Virus record (IMG/VR): IMGVR_UViG_3300045988_063404
Reading direction: 5' to 3' (one strand)
Source of the DNA: a virus
Length of the DNA: 41,557 bases
The notes beneath the pieces were generated by a model. It worked only from the letters and a program-made list of their open reading frames with translations. It had not been told where the DNA came from and made no database searches. Of this stretch, positions 24,574-33,767 are shown piece by piece. Made by a program: the position numbers and the translations under genes. Position 1 is the stretch's first letter. Each line of letters starts with the position of its first letter.

Positions 24574-26805
24574 ATGAATAATATAGTACAAAATGCAGTG
24601 GGTACACAAAGGCAGTTCACTAAACAGCCAGTAGCCACTTATCAGACGTCATTAAGAAACTTGGTAGCTTCTCAGGGTATCACTAAGTCCGGTGCAGGGG
24701 ATAGGCTTTACAATACCTTAATTGGTCTTGGAGATACAGCAATGAAATATGCTTCTAGTGAGGAAGATAGAGCTAGAGCAAAGACAGTAGATGTTGAACC
24801 ACTCATCAATGCAGCAACAGACGATGATTGGAAGAAACTGTCAGCTATTGAACTTCTTAATAAATATGGGAAGTTTCAGTTGGCTGATAATCCATATGCG
24901 GTAGCCACTATTGAACAGGCTCGTGGTAAGTACATGTCTGAGAAATTTAATCAGAACTATAGCCTTCTGAAAGCACAAACTCCTGTTAAAGACCCAGAGG
25001 AAGAACGACAGAGGTATGCTGATGAGAAGAATAAGTTTCTTAAAGATAATATAGAAGACTCTTATGACACTCAGCAATTCTATAAAGGTTTCTGGGAGTC
25101 TAATCCACAAGATGTATTAAACATCACCAATGAGAAAGTTGCAGAGAAATCTAAGAGTCTTGATATTATTGGTCGTTCAGCTCTTCAGGCACAAGCAGCT
25201 ACATATATTAGTGAAAACGCAGATAAGAGTCCTGAAGACTACGTTAGCGGTCTTCAGAAGCTCATAAATAGTTCTACCTTAATGTCTTATCAGTTGAGTG
25301 ATAGAAAGGCCATGTTGGAGGGGGTCTTAAAAGATACAGCTACAGAATTAGGATCTCCAGATAAGATAAGACAATGTGGAAATATTATCATTACCAATAA
25401 TTCAGATGGTACAAAGCCTGTTCGGGTAAAGGATATTATTGACCTAAATCCCTTCATCAGGACAGCAGAAGATACAGCTCTGGCTAGACCAAATGAGTGG
25501 ACAAACAAGCAGTATGAAATTATGGCTAATTGTAATACTGTTGATGACCTGGATAACTGGTGGAATAAACTTTCTCCAGAATCTCAACATATGATGCAGC
25601 CACAATATGGTAAGTACAGAGTTGCTCTTGTCAGAGAAGAAAATATTAAAAAGGAACAGATGATTCGAGACAATAGACGTATGCATGCACAAATTCAGAA
25701 ATCTCAGAGTGCAGATATTTCACTGAATCTTGCGCTTGCTAATAAGGCAGACAATACGTACTGTTCCGCAGATGATGCCTATGATGCAGCAACTAGAAAG
25801 TTATCTACTATTAGTCCAGGAGACACAAATACCTTTGCTAAAGTTCTTTTTTGGGCTCCTAATTCTAGGATGCGTTCGGAATATAAAAATTATTTTCAGC
25901 AGGGTATTTTTGGGGCTTCTGCCAATGAAATGGGTGATTCTAGTAATCCTAAGAGTGTAACAAATGCTATTGCTCTATATAAATATAATCCAGCACTCTT
26001 TTCAGCTACTTTTGGCAAATCTTTGGCTTCTGATGTTCAGACTATTAGTGCCTTGATTGATGCCAAAGGAAGTCCTGAAGAGGGATTCAAATTCTTCTGT
26101 GAAGGTAGAGATAACATGGCTCGAAGTGAGCAGCTTAAAAAGGATGCTGAATCCTTTGCTTCTAATGCTATGTCTGCTGGTTATGAAGCAGAATTAATAG
26201 ATGCTAATAATCCTTCTACGAATGTTTCAGTTCCAATTACTTCTGATACTTTTTCTAATGTTAGCTCTACAGCACTCAAATACCTGAGAGCTTGCACACT
26301 AGATGAATCAGCAGCTAAATCTATGCTTCAGTTTATGCTAAATAAGAACTATGTTGTTTATGCGGATAATCCAATGCCTAAAGCTGTATTTGCTAAAAAG
26401 ACAGATGCAACCAATGGCATTGATGCTTCTACAGATCAGTATGGCACAGCTACTAAATTTATGAACTATAAAGTAGAATCTGCTAATGCTGCATGGTCGG
26501 GTATGCACTCTACGTGGTGGTGGGGTGTAGATGATAAACTTCACTTTGGTGATCCTAGCTATGGTTTTGATGAACATGATGGCTATACTCTTGATGAGTT
26601 TTATGATATGTGTAATCAGTGGTATTATGATGCTCAGGCAGCTGAAGAAGCTAAAGCTGCTAGTAATGATAGTAGTAACTCTAGTTCTGATGATAGCAGC
26701 TCTGGTGCTTCCGGAAGCAGCTATACAACTGATGATGGTGGAGTAGTTACATCTACAGGTAGCCACAGAGCTACATATAGTGATTGGTCATGGAATGATT
26801 TCTAA
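24574..26805 (+). CDS. Internal virion protein C (T7 gp15-like)
   Basis: 743 aa versus 747 aa in T7, and syntenic between gp14 and gp16. Ser-rich C-terminal tail. Confidence 0.7.
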   Translation: MNNIVQNAVGTQRQFTKQPVATYQTSLRNLVASQGITKSGAGDRLYNTLIGLGDTAMKYASSEEDRARAKTVDVEPLINAATDDDWKKLSAIELLNKYGKFQLADNPYAVATIEQARGKYMSEKFNQNYSLLKAQTPVKDPEEERQRYADEKNKFLKDNIEDSYDTQQFYKGFWESNPQDVLNITNEKVAEKSKSLDIIGRSALQAQAATYISENADKSPEDYVSGLQKLINSSTLMSYQLSDRKAMLEGVLKDTATELGSPDKIRQCGNIIITNNSDGTKPVRVKDIIDLNPFIRTAEDTALARPNEWTNKQYEIMANCNTVDDLDNWWNKLSPESQHMMQPQYGKYRVALVREENIKKEQMIRDNRRMHAQIQKSQSADISLNLALANKADNTYCSADDAYDAATRKLSTISPGDTNTFAKVLFWAPNSRMRSEYKNYFQQGIFGASANEMGDSSNPKSVTNAIALYKYNPALFSATFGKSLASDVQTISALIDAKGSPEEGFKFFCEGRDNMARSEQLKKDAESFASNAMSAGYEAELIDANNPSTNVSVPITSDTFSNVSSTALKYLRACTLDESAAKSMLQFMLNKNYVVYADNPMPKAVFAKKTDATNGIDASTDQYGTATKFMNYKVESANAAWSGMHSTWWWGVDDKLHFGDPSYGFDEHDGYTLDEFYDMCNQWYYDAQAAEEAKAASNDSSNSSSDDSSSGASGSSYTTDDGGVVTSTGSHRATYSDWSWNDF

Positions 26806-26818
26806 AGAGGTGATATGA

Positions 26819-29800
26819 ATGACAGATGTTGACGCTTTTCTAGCTGCTGTGTCTGGAACAGAGTCTAATGGTAACTATGAGGCATACAATGCAAAGACAG
26901 GAGCTAGAGGTAAATATCAGTTTATTCCTAGCACTTATGCTATGTATGCTGATGACCCAAATGACTGGTCTCCAGAGATGCAGGAACTTGCAGCACATAA
27001 AATGGCAGCTGAGTATATTCAGAACTATGGATATAGAAATGCTGCTATTGCGTGGCAAGGTGGTGAAGGAGCTATCGGGCATGAAGACTGGTCTGATGGA
27101 AACATGACCACAGGTGAGTATGCAGACACAGTTATGGCAAATATGCAATCCTATATGAATGGAGACTTTATTGATAAAGCCGTAACGCCTTCTGGTGCTT
27201 ATGGTTCTAAGCATCCATTTGTAATGCCAAATGACACACAACAACAGAAGGTCTATGGCTTCTGGGATGAGTTTTATAATAAGTTCATGAACCAGTTTGT
27301 AGACCAGGGGGCTGTGTCAGCAGTAAGAACGGGTTGGGCTAACTTTGTCAATAGGGACTCTATGGCTGAGTTAGGAATGAGTGACTATAGACCCTCTCAG
27401 GAAGATATTGCACTTGTCCAGAAGGGTCTTGAAGGTGACTCTATTGCTCAGAACTATGTCTTGAGTAATGCTCATAATCAAAAGACTCTTTTGGAACTCT
27501 TAGCGATGAAACAGGAAGACCGTGCAAGAGCCCAAGCAGTAGACAACATGGATTATGGCTTGTCTTCAGTAGGTTCTGTTCTGGGGTCTATTCTTGACCC
27601 TACGATTCTCTTGGCATTTGTACCGGGTGCTAATCTGGGTACAATTGCTGGACTTGCTTCTAAAGTTGCTAAAGTAAGATCTTTAGTATCTCTTGGTGGC
27701 AAGGTCATTAATGAGAGCAGAGCAGCTAAGATTGCAGCTAATGCTCTTACTTCTATGGCTTACGCAGGGGCAGACAGATTTGCAGCTCAGAGATGGGGTG
27801 GATTTAATCCAGACTATGCAACTGCTATGACATTCAGTGGCCTATTAGGGGCTCTTGGGGGTGCTATTGCTAAGTCCGGTAGTGGTGAAATGACTAGAGC
27901 TTTGGATCTGACAAAACGTGGTCTAGAAGAAGAAACGGTTCGTGTTGCTATTGGTGCTACTCCTAGAATGGATGCAAAACTTCATGTACAGGATGCTCTA
28001 ACCAAAGATATGATGGATGACTTTGCTCAGGAAGGATCTGACATTGATCTTCACTATGCTGAACGTGCTGAACGTGCTAAGAAAGCAGCAGCAGAGAAGG
28101 CAGAGCTTGAAAGAGAACCAGAGGTGGCTCAGGAAGGCACTGCACTTGAAGGGAATGTACAGTTTCGAGAAGATGCAGTAACACCAGAAGAAATCAAAGG
28201 TGATAAAGATGTCAGCAGAGAAGTAACAGAGAACAAGAGTCCTGGTTATGAACCAATGGCACCTAAAACGGTGGATACAGCTAGATCTGCTAGCACAGAC
28301 ACAGCAGCTACAAAGTCTTCTGAAGCTGTACAGGCTCTCCAGGATGCTACAACAAAGGCATATCACGACCTTGTAGAACCTAACTCTATTACTGATACTC
28401 TTATCAAAAATGGTCAGATGTTTATCCTTACAGAAAACAAAGCTCGCAAATGGGCAGCTCATTATGGTATTACATTAGACCCCGATGCAAAGGCATTTAG
28501 CTTACCGGGTCTTGGTGTCTCTGTTTTAATTCGTGAAAAGATCAATAAGAGAAACCTTACAGGGGTCGTAATGCATGAAGCTGGTGTTCATATTGCACTA
28601 AAAAATATGCTAGAACCAAAGATCTATAATAATGTTATTAATATGGTTAAGACTCGTATGATGCACTCTAAGGATAAAGATTGGATTAATGCTACTAGAA
28701 ATGCTACAAGTCCAGAAGAAGCTCTTGCTTACTGGATTGAAAACATGGGTAATAAGCATAAATCTGATAACATTGTTAAAGAAGTCCGTAAAGGTATTGA
28801 GCATTGGCTAGACCCTAACTATGATGCGGATCAGTGGATTGCAGACACCGTAGCTGGGGCATTAAAACAGTATGCATCTAAGAACAAAGATGTGACTAAT
28901 GTTGTCAATATGATTCTTGACCCTATGATGTCTAAGAAGAGTAAGTTATGGGCAGCTGCTAGAAAGGCTACTAGGTCTACTAATCCAGAAGTTGTCTTTA
29001 AGTATTGGATTAATAATAATCCAGATAAGAGATCTACCCTCTATAAGGAGATCAAAAAACAGGCTATTGTTCAATATGGCAGAAGTGATCTGACGGATAA
29101 AGAGATCAAAGACTTTGCATTAAAGACCTACTTTAATCCAGACCTATATGGCAGTGACAAGATTATTGATGTTGACAATGTTCATCCAGAAGATGTTGAG
29201 TCTAATGTTGTGAAAGCTGATAAGACACCAATCTATCCAGACACAGCTAATCCGGCTAGAGAAAGATTTGACAATGCTCAGGGGAATCTTGAAAAACTTA
29301 TGGTTCGAAATGCTCATGAGACTCTTCATAAGGATGACCCAGTGCAGACTCTTCCAGATGGCTCTCATGTCATTGAAGGTATCACCTACTCTAAGAATAA
29401 CTCCAATGGTGAGGGGTTAGCTCAGGCTATAGATGATATTGGGGGTATTGACTACTCTAAGACTACTACAGAGAAGACTATTTTTGATGAAGTGTCTGAT
29501 AAAGGACAAAGTTCTAAATATCGCCAAAGTTCCTTTGGTATCTTTAGTGGCTTAGGTCTTCATACGGAACATAGTTTCATCGGCAATTTATATGGTATTA
29601 TGAGAAACTCTCATTCTCGTCTTATGCAAATGGCATCTAATATAATTTTTAGTGACCCTCGAATGGAAGCTAACTATACTAATTTCTTACCAGCAGCGAG
29701 CATAAAACAGATGATGCTTGATCGTTGGAACTCCCAGTATATTTCTTTTCTTGATAAGAGACAGCAGTATATCAGAGATACTTTTGGTGTCTTTAATGGT

Positions 29801-32191
29801 CTTCAGAGAAATCACCTCATTCATAAGGTGAACGAACAGATCATTGACTGCTACAATGCAAAAGCTAGAGGAGACATATTGAAGCTCAAAGAGTTCTCTC
29901 CAGAAATTCAGGGTCTTGCTAAGGATATGGAAGATCTTACAGCTGACATTATGCACCAGATGCAGAAGAGATCAGAAAACCTGGGGGGTAGAAGGGGTCT
30001 AGGGTCTTTACTTGCCCAGACAGATATAACCAACTCTGCTAAGGAGTTCTTCCGTATCACTGACGAAGAGAAACTGTATGAATGGATGGGTCGTAACTAT
30101 AATGATCTTAATGATGTCTTAGAAGATTTGACCGAATACGCTAGACGCTTTATGGACAGAGATGCTGAAACTAAATACTTTATTGAGCTAAAGAAACGTG
30201 AGTTTGAAGCTAAGAAAAAGACCTACAAAGGAAAGACTCCCTTACAGTGGTTTGACCCTACTGAAGAAGAGATTGAAGAACATCTTGAACAGGCAGCTAA
30301 GAACTGGGCATATGGTCGTGTGGATAAAAACAATTCTCGTCTGAACTTTGATCTGAAAGACACAAAGCTAGCTAATCCATATACAGCTTTTTCAGACTCT
30401 TTGAAGCATCGCTTACCTATTGATACTTCCGGAATCATGAAGATGAAGAATGGGACAGAATTTAGCTTTGATAAGAATATTAGAAGTTATGATCTTGATA
30501 ACTTCTTGCCACAGATTATGAATAGACTCAGTGGTGAAATTGCTCTTAGAGCTACCATTGGGGACTCTAAGACACAGCAAGATTTCTATAGCAAGATTAT
30601 TCAGGAGCTTGCTAAGAACAGTCCTATTAGAAATGGTAGTAGAGAACTTGAAGCATTGCAAATGGGGCTTCATAAGATTCTTGGTATTGGGTCTTACAAT
30701 ACTAATGAACAGAAACTTGGTGATGCTGTGTCTAATTCACTCAGAAGTCTTTCCTATGCTAACGTAGGGGGTAACATGACCTATGCGCAGCTTGGAGAAC
30801 TTGGGGGCTCTATTGCTTATGGTGGTTGGAAAGTATTAGCTAACAATATTCCAATCTTTGGAGACTTAGCTAAGAACATTCGCCTTGGTAAGGATGGAGC
30901 TGAGATTATTGAGAACGTCACCAGAAAGATCTATGCTGAAGATATTGCAACTAGAGGGTGGCGCACATCTTCTTCCACAGACTCTAAAGTGTACAGACAG
31001 CTCTTTGATAAGGTGTCTGCTGAGAATCCAAAACCAGCTCTTAATGGTAGAGCATTTGACGCTGTCAATAGAAATATTAAGAGAGCTGCTCTCATTACAT
31101 CTTCTGTTAACTTCATGCCTAAACTGACTAATGCAATGGTTCAGTCAATGCGCCAGGCAGCTATTGAAGACAGCTTAAAGTGGGCTATGGGTAATAGAGT
31201 AAAAAGTATTATTCGAAATCCATTCTCTAAGCAGAAGTTAGCAGCTGCTAGTATTCACACTCAGAAGGATGTTGATAATGTCCAGAAGGCTATCAAAAAG
31301 TATCTTATTGATGAAAAAGGAAATATTGACCATTGGCTTGATGAAGACCCCATGTCGTTTGCTAAATGGAAGAAACTTATGGATAATGAGTCCATGAGAG
31401 GTATTCAGCAGAACAGTATTGGTAATATGACGCCATTTAAGGAAAAGCATAGACTATTCTTCCAGTTTAAAGACTTCACTATGAAGGCTATGAACCAGCA
31501 GTTTATGAGAGCTTTATCGTCTCGTGAAAGAGATGATGCTTTTGCTGCTCTGTATTCCTATGCTACCAACTCACTATCTTATTATGCAATGACAGTAGCT
31601 AAAGCCTATGCGTTTTATCCAAATGATGAACAAAAGCGTAATGAATACTTAGAGAGAAATGCTAATATTAAAAAAGTAGCTCTTTCTGGTATTTTCAGAA
31701 TGTCTATGGTTGCTCCGGCAAGCTTTGTGTCTGATGGGTGGGAAGTTGCTACAGGTGAGCCTATGTTCAGAACTACAGTTGATAATACTCGAAACACTAG
31801 AGCTGCTGATGACTCTTGGGGTAAGAGAGCAGCTGACATTGCTAATCAGACTCCAGTATTTGGTATGCTTGGTAAGGTATATGAAGCATATCAGGGAAGC
31901 AAACATCTTATGTCTGGTGATGGTATTTCCAGGGATATTGATAAGGTGATTGCTGCCTTTCCTCTAGGGTCTTATCTGGCTATGTCCTACTTCGGGTCTA
32001 TGCTTAAAGAATCTGCTAATCTTCCAGAGAAGAGATCTTTCTATACTCAAGTACAAAATAAAGGCAGAAGTAAGACACAGAAGCCACAGAAACTTGTGTC
32101 TGTTGAACCAACCAATAAGACTGCTAGACTTCTGACTTCTCAGCAGAAAGCAACAAATAAGGTACAGTCTTTGATTGACAGTTCTAAATAA
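26819..32191 (+). CDS. Internal virion protein D with an N-terminal lytic transglycosylase domain (T7 gp16-like), 1790 aa
   Basis: The N-terminal SLT motif AVSGTESNGNYEAYN...GARGKYQFIPSTY. Syntenic with gp16 but roughly 470 aa longer. Confidence 0.85.
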   Translation: MTDVDAFLAAVSGTESNGNYEAYNAKTGARGKYQFIPSTYAMYADDPNDWSPEMQELAAHKMAAEYIQNYGYRNAAIAWQGGEGAIGHEDWSDGNMTTGEYADTVMANMQSYMNGDFIDKAVTPSGAYGSKHPFVMPNDTQQQKVYGFWDEFYNKFMNQFVDQGAVSAVRTGWANFVNRDSMAELGMSDYRPSQEDIALVQKGLEGDSIAQNYVLSNAHNQKTLLELLAMKQEDRARAQAVDNMDYGLSSVGSVLGSILDPTILLAFVPGANLGTIAGLASKVAKVRSLVSLGGKVINESRAAKIAANALTSMAYAGADRFAAQRWGGFNPDYATAMTFSGLLGALGGAIAKSGSGEMTRALDLTKRGLEEETVRVAIGATPRMDAKLHVQDALTKDMMDDFAQEGSDIDLHYAERAERAKKAAAEKAELEREPEVAQEGTALEGNVQFREDAVTPEEIKGDKDVSREVTENKSPGYEPMAPKTVDTARSASTDTAATKSSEAVQALQDATTKAYHDLVEPNSITDTLIKNGQMFILTENKARKWAAHYGITLDPDAKAFSLPGLGVSVLIREKINKRNLTGVVMHEAGVHIALKNMLEPKIYNNVINMVKTRMMHSKDKDWINATRNATSPEEALAYWIENMGNKHKSDNIVKEVRKGIEHWLDPNYDADQWIADTVAGALKQYASKNKDVTNVVNMILDPMMSKKSKLWAAARKATRSTNPEVVFKYWINNNPDKRSTLYKEIKKQAIVQYGRSDLTDKEIKDFALKTYFNPDLYGSDKIIDVDNVHPEDVESNVVKADKTPIYPDTANPARERFDNAQGNLEKLMVRNAHETLHKDDPVQTLPDGSHVIEGITYSKNNSNGEGLAQAIDDIGGIDYSKTTTEKTIFDEVSDKGQSSKYRQSSFGIFSGLGLHTEHSFIGNLYGIMRNSHSRLMQMASNIIFSDPRMEANYTNFLPAASIKQMMLDRWNSQYISFLDKRQQYIRDTFGVFNGLQRNHLIHKVNEQIIDCYNAKARGDILKLKEFSPEIQGLAKDMEDLTADIMHQMQKRSENLGGRRGLGSLLAQTDITNSAKEFFRITDEEKLYEWMGRNYNDLNDVLEDLTEYARRFMDRDAETKYFIELKKREFEAKKKTYKGKTPLQWFDPTEEEIEEHLEQAAKNWAYGRVDKNNSRLNFDLKDTKLANPYTAFSDSLKHRLPIDTSGIMKMKNGTEFSFDKNIRSYDLDNFLPQIMNRLSGEIALRATIGDSKTQQDFYSKIIQELAKNSPIRNGSRELEALQMGLHKILGIGSYNTNEQKLGDAVSNSLRSLSYANVGGNMTYAQLGELGGSIAYGGWKVLANNIPIFGDLAKNIRLGKDGAEIIENVTRKIYAEDIATRGWRTSSSTDSKVYRQLFDKVSAENPKPALNGRAFDAVNRNIKRAALITSSVNFMPKLTNAMVQSMRQAAIEDSLKWAMGNRVKSIIRNPFSKQKLAAASIHTQKDVDNVQKAIKKYLIDEKGNIDHWLDEDPMSFAKWKKLMDNESMRGIQQNSIGNMTPFKEKHRLFFQFKDFTMKAMNQQFMRALSSRERDDAFAALYSYATNSLSYYAMTVAKAYAFYPNDEQKRNEYLERNANIKKVALSGIFRMSMVAPASFVSDGWEVATGEPMFRTTVDNTRNTRAADDSWGKRAADIANQTPVFGMLGKVYEAYQGSKHLMSGDGISRDIDKVIAAFPLGSYLAMSYFGSMLKESANLPEKRSFYTQVQNKGRSKTQKPQKLVSVEPTNKTARLLTSQQKATNKVQSLIDSSK

Positions 32192-32214
32192 TTTACAAGA
32201 AGGGAGGAACAACG

Positions 32215-32463
32215 ATGGATGCTTTTGATGAGTATTTTCCTTATATATTGCTAATGTTATGCGTAGGGGCTGCTATTCATATTCCAGCATGTCTGGTAAT
32301 ACTGATAGCTCTTTTACTTTTCTTATGGTTCGTTGTTTTTCCCATCTTTATTTTAATTGGTATCAATGCCCTCTTTGGTGGAGAAGTATGCTTCATTGTC
32401 ATACTTCTTACCATTGTCATTGGTATCTACAATTTATTTCAGACAGGAGATGACCTAAAATAA
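32215..32463 (+). CDS. Small hydrophobic membrane protein (82 aa, about 3 predicted transmembrane segments)
   Basis: GGGAGG Shine-Dalgarno sequence 7 nt upstream. The sequence is almost entirely hydrophobic (ILLMLCVGAAIHIPACLVILIALLLFLWFVVFPIFILIGI... VCFIVILLTIVIGIY). Confidence 0.6.
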   Translation: MDAFDEYFPYILLMLCVGAAIHIPACLVILIALLLFLWFVVFPIFILIGINALFGGEVCFIVILLTIVIGIYNLFQTGDDLK

Positions 32464-33764
32464 ATAATGAAAGAAAAGCTCAGATTTTTTATCAGGGTAA
32501 TGGTACTCAAACACAGTATTCATTTCCTTTTGATTACCTTAGAAAGGCGTTCGTGCATGTTTCTCTTATCTCTAGTGAATCCATTAATGAACTCACACAG
32601 GGTACAGAGTATACAATAACAGATAGAGTAGTTACTTTATCTGCTCCTACAACCCTTAAAATTAAGATCTATAGACAGACAACAACAACTCCTCTTGTGG
32701 GGTGGGCAGATGCTTCTGTTCTTAGAGCAGCTGATATGAATGTTCAATCTACTCAGCTTTTGCACCTTGCAGAAGAAACGGCAGACAAAGTATTTGATAC
32801 TGGTATGTCTACTGCCCCAACTAACACTACTGTGTGGGACGGACAGTATAAGAGAATCACTAACCTTCTTGACCCACAGGAAGATGGGGATGCAGTTACT
32901 TTAAGATACATTCAAGATAAGCAGAGTAGCCTTATTAATGCCTTAAAGAACGAAGGAGCTAACCAGAACGCTAGTATTGTGTCTACTGGAAATACACAGA
33001 ATACCCGACTGAATACTACAGGAGACACCCAGAATAAAAGGCTTACAGATACAGGAGATGCACAGAATAGTAGGCTGATAAGTACTGGTGATACGCAGAA
33101 CAGCCGGCTTACAACTACTGGGGATAGTTATGTAGATACTATGACTTCCTTAAAGGATGATGCAGCTACACAGGCAAGTACTGCTACTACAAAAGCCACA
33201 GAAGCTAAGAATAGTGCTACCAGTGCCTCCTCTTCTGCTTCTACTTCTACTACAAAAGCTACAGAAGCTAGTAACAGTGCAGAATTAGCTAAGAAGTGGG
33301 CTATGTCTGATTCTAGTCCAGACGATGTGTCTGGCAATAAGTCTTCTAAGACGTGGGCGACAGAAGCTAAGAATAGCGCTTCTAGTGCTTCTTCTTCTGC
33401 TTCTACTGCTACTACTAAGGCTACAGAAGCTAAGAATAGTGCTACCAGTGCTTCTTCTTCTGCTTCTACTGCTACTACTAAGGCTACAGAAGCTAGTGAC
33501 AGTGCTAGTGCGGCGGCAAAGAGTGCACAGGACGCCGCAAAATTTGACCCTTCTACGTATTACACTAAAACAGAAAGTGATACTAAGTATGCAGTTAAAA
33601 ACGATACATACACTAAAACAGAAAGTGATACTAAGTATGCAGTTAAAAACGATACATACACTAAAACAGAGACAGAGGATAAAATAAAGACTTTAGCACC
33701 TACTCCTTTTAATGCTGATAAACACTTAGTGTTCCCTTCTGGTGCAGAAATGTGGGTGGAATAA
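32460..33764 (+). CDS. Tail fibre protein (T7 gp17-like N-terminal domain) with a non-canonical start
   Basis: NNERKAQIFYQGNGTQTQYSFPFDYLRKAFVHVSL aligns with T7 gp17 ANVIKTVLTYQLDGSNRDFNIPFEYLARKFVVVTL. The frame is closed by TGA at 32451, so the only start-like codons before the conserved region are ATA 32460 (9 nt after AGGAGA) and ATT 32484. GTG 32553 would delete the conserved N-terminus. Confidence 0.8.
   Translation: MNNERKAQIFYQGNGTQTQYSFPFDYLRKAFVHVSLISSESINELTQGTEYTITDRVVTLSAPTTLKIKIYRQTTTTPLVGWADASVLRAADMNVQSTQLLHLAEETADKVFDTGMSTAPTNTTVWDGQYKRITNLLDPQEDGDAVTLRYIQDKQSSLINALKNEGANQNASIVSTGNTQNTRLNTTGDTQNKRLTDTGDAQNSRLISTGDTQNSRLTTTGDSYVDTMTSLKDDAATQASTATTKATEAKNSATSASSSASTSTTKATEASNSAELAKKWAMSDSSPDDVSGNKSSKTWATEAKNSASSASSSASTATTKATEAKNSATSASSSASTATTKATEASDSASAAAKSAQDAAKFDPSTYYTKTESDTKYAVKNDTYTKTESDTKYAVKNDTYTKTETEDKIKTLAPTPFNADKHLVFPSGAEMWVE
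32985..33672 (+). repeat. In-frame tandem repeats inside the tail fibre gene (33-nt, 63-nt and 48-nt units)
   Basis: There are four 33-nt units (TGDTQNxRLxT) from 32985. The 63-nt units (TEAKNSA(S/T)SASSSASTATTKA) start at 33198, 33261, 33360, 33423 and 33486. The 48-nt units (YTKTESDTKYAVKNDT) start at 33561, 33609 and 33657. Confidence 0.9.
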
Positions 33765-33767
33765 AGT

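Noticed and set aside
28560-28620. Zinc metalloprotease motif in gp16 (VMHEAGVHIAL)
   Set aside because: The spacing is HExxxH, not the zincin HExxH. I see no downstream third ligand motif that I can defend.
32467-32620. The short ATG-initiated ORF (MKEKLRFFIRVMV...) as an independent gene upstream of the fibre
   Set aside because: It overlaps the conserved gp17 N-terminal coding frame entirely and its ATG is 16 nt from the Shine-Dalgarno sequence. It is kept only as the frameshift/indel alternative in the tail fibre finding.
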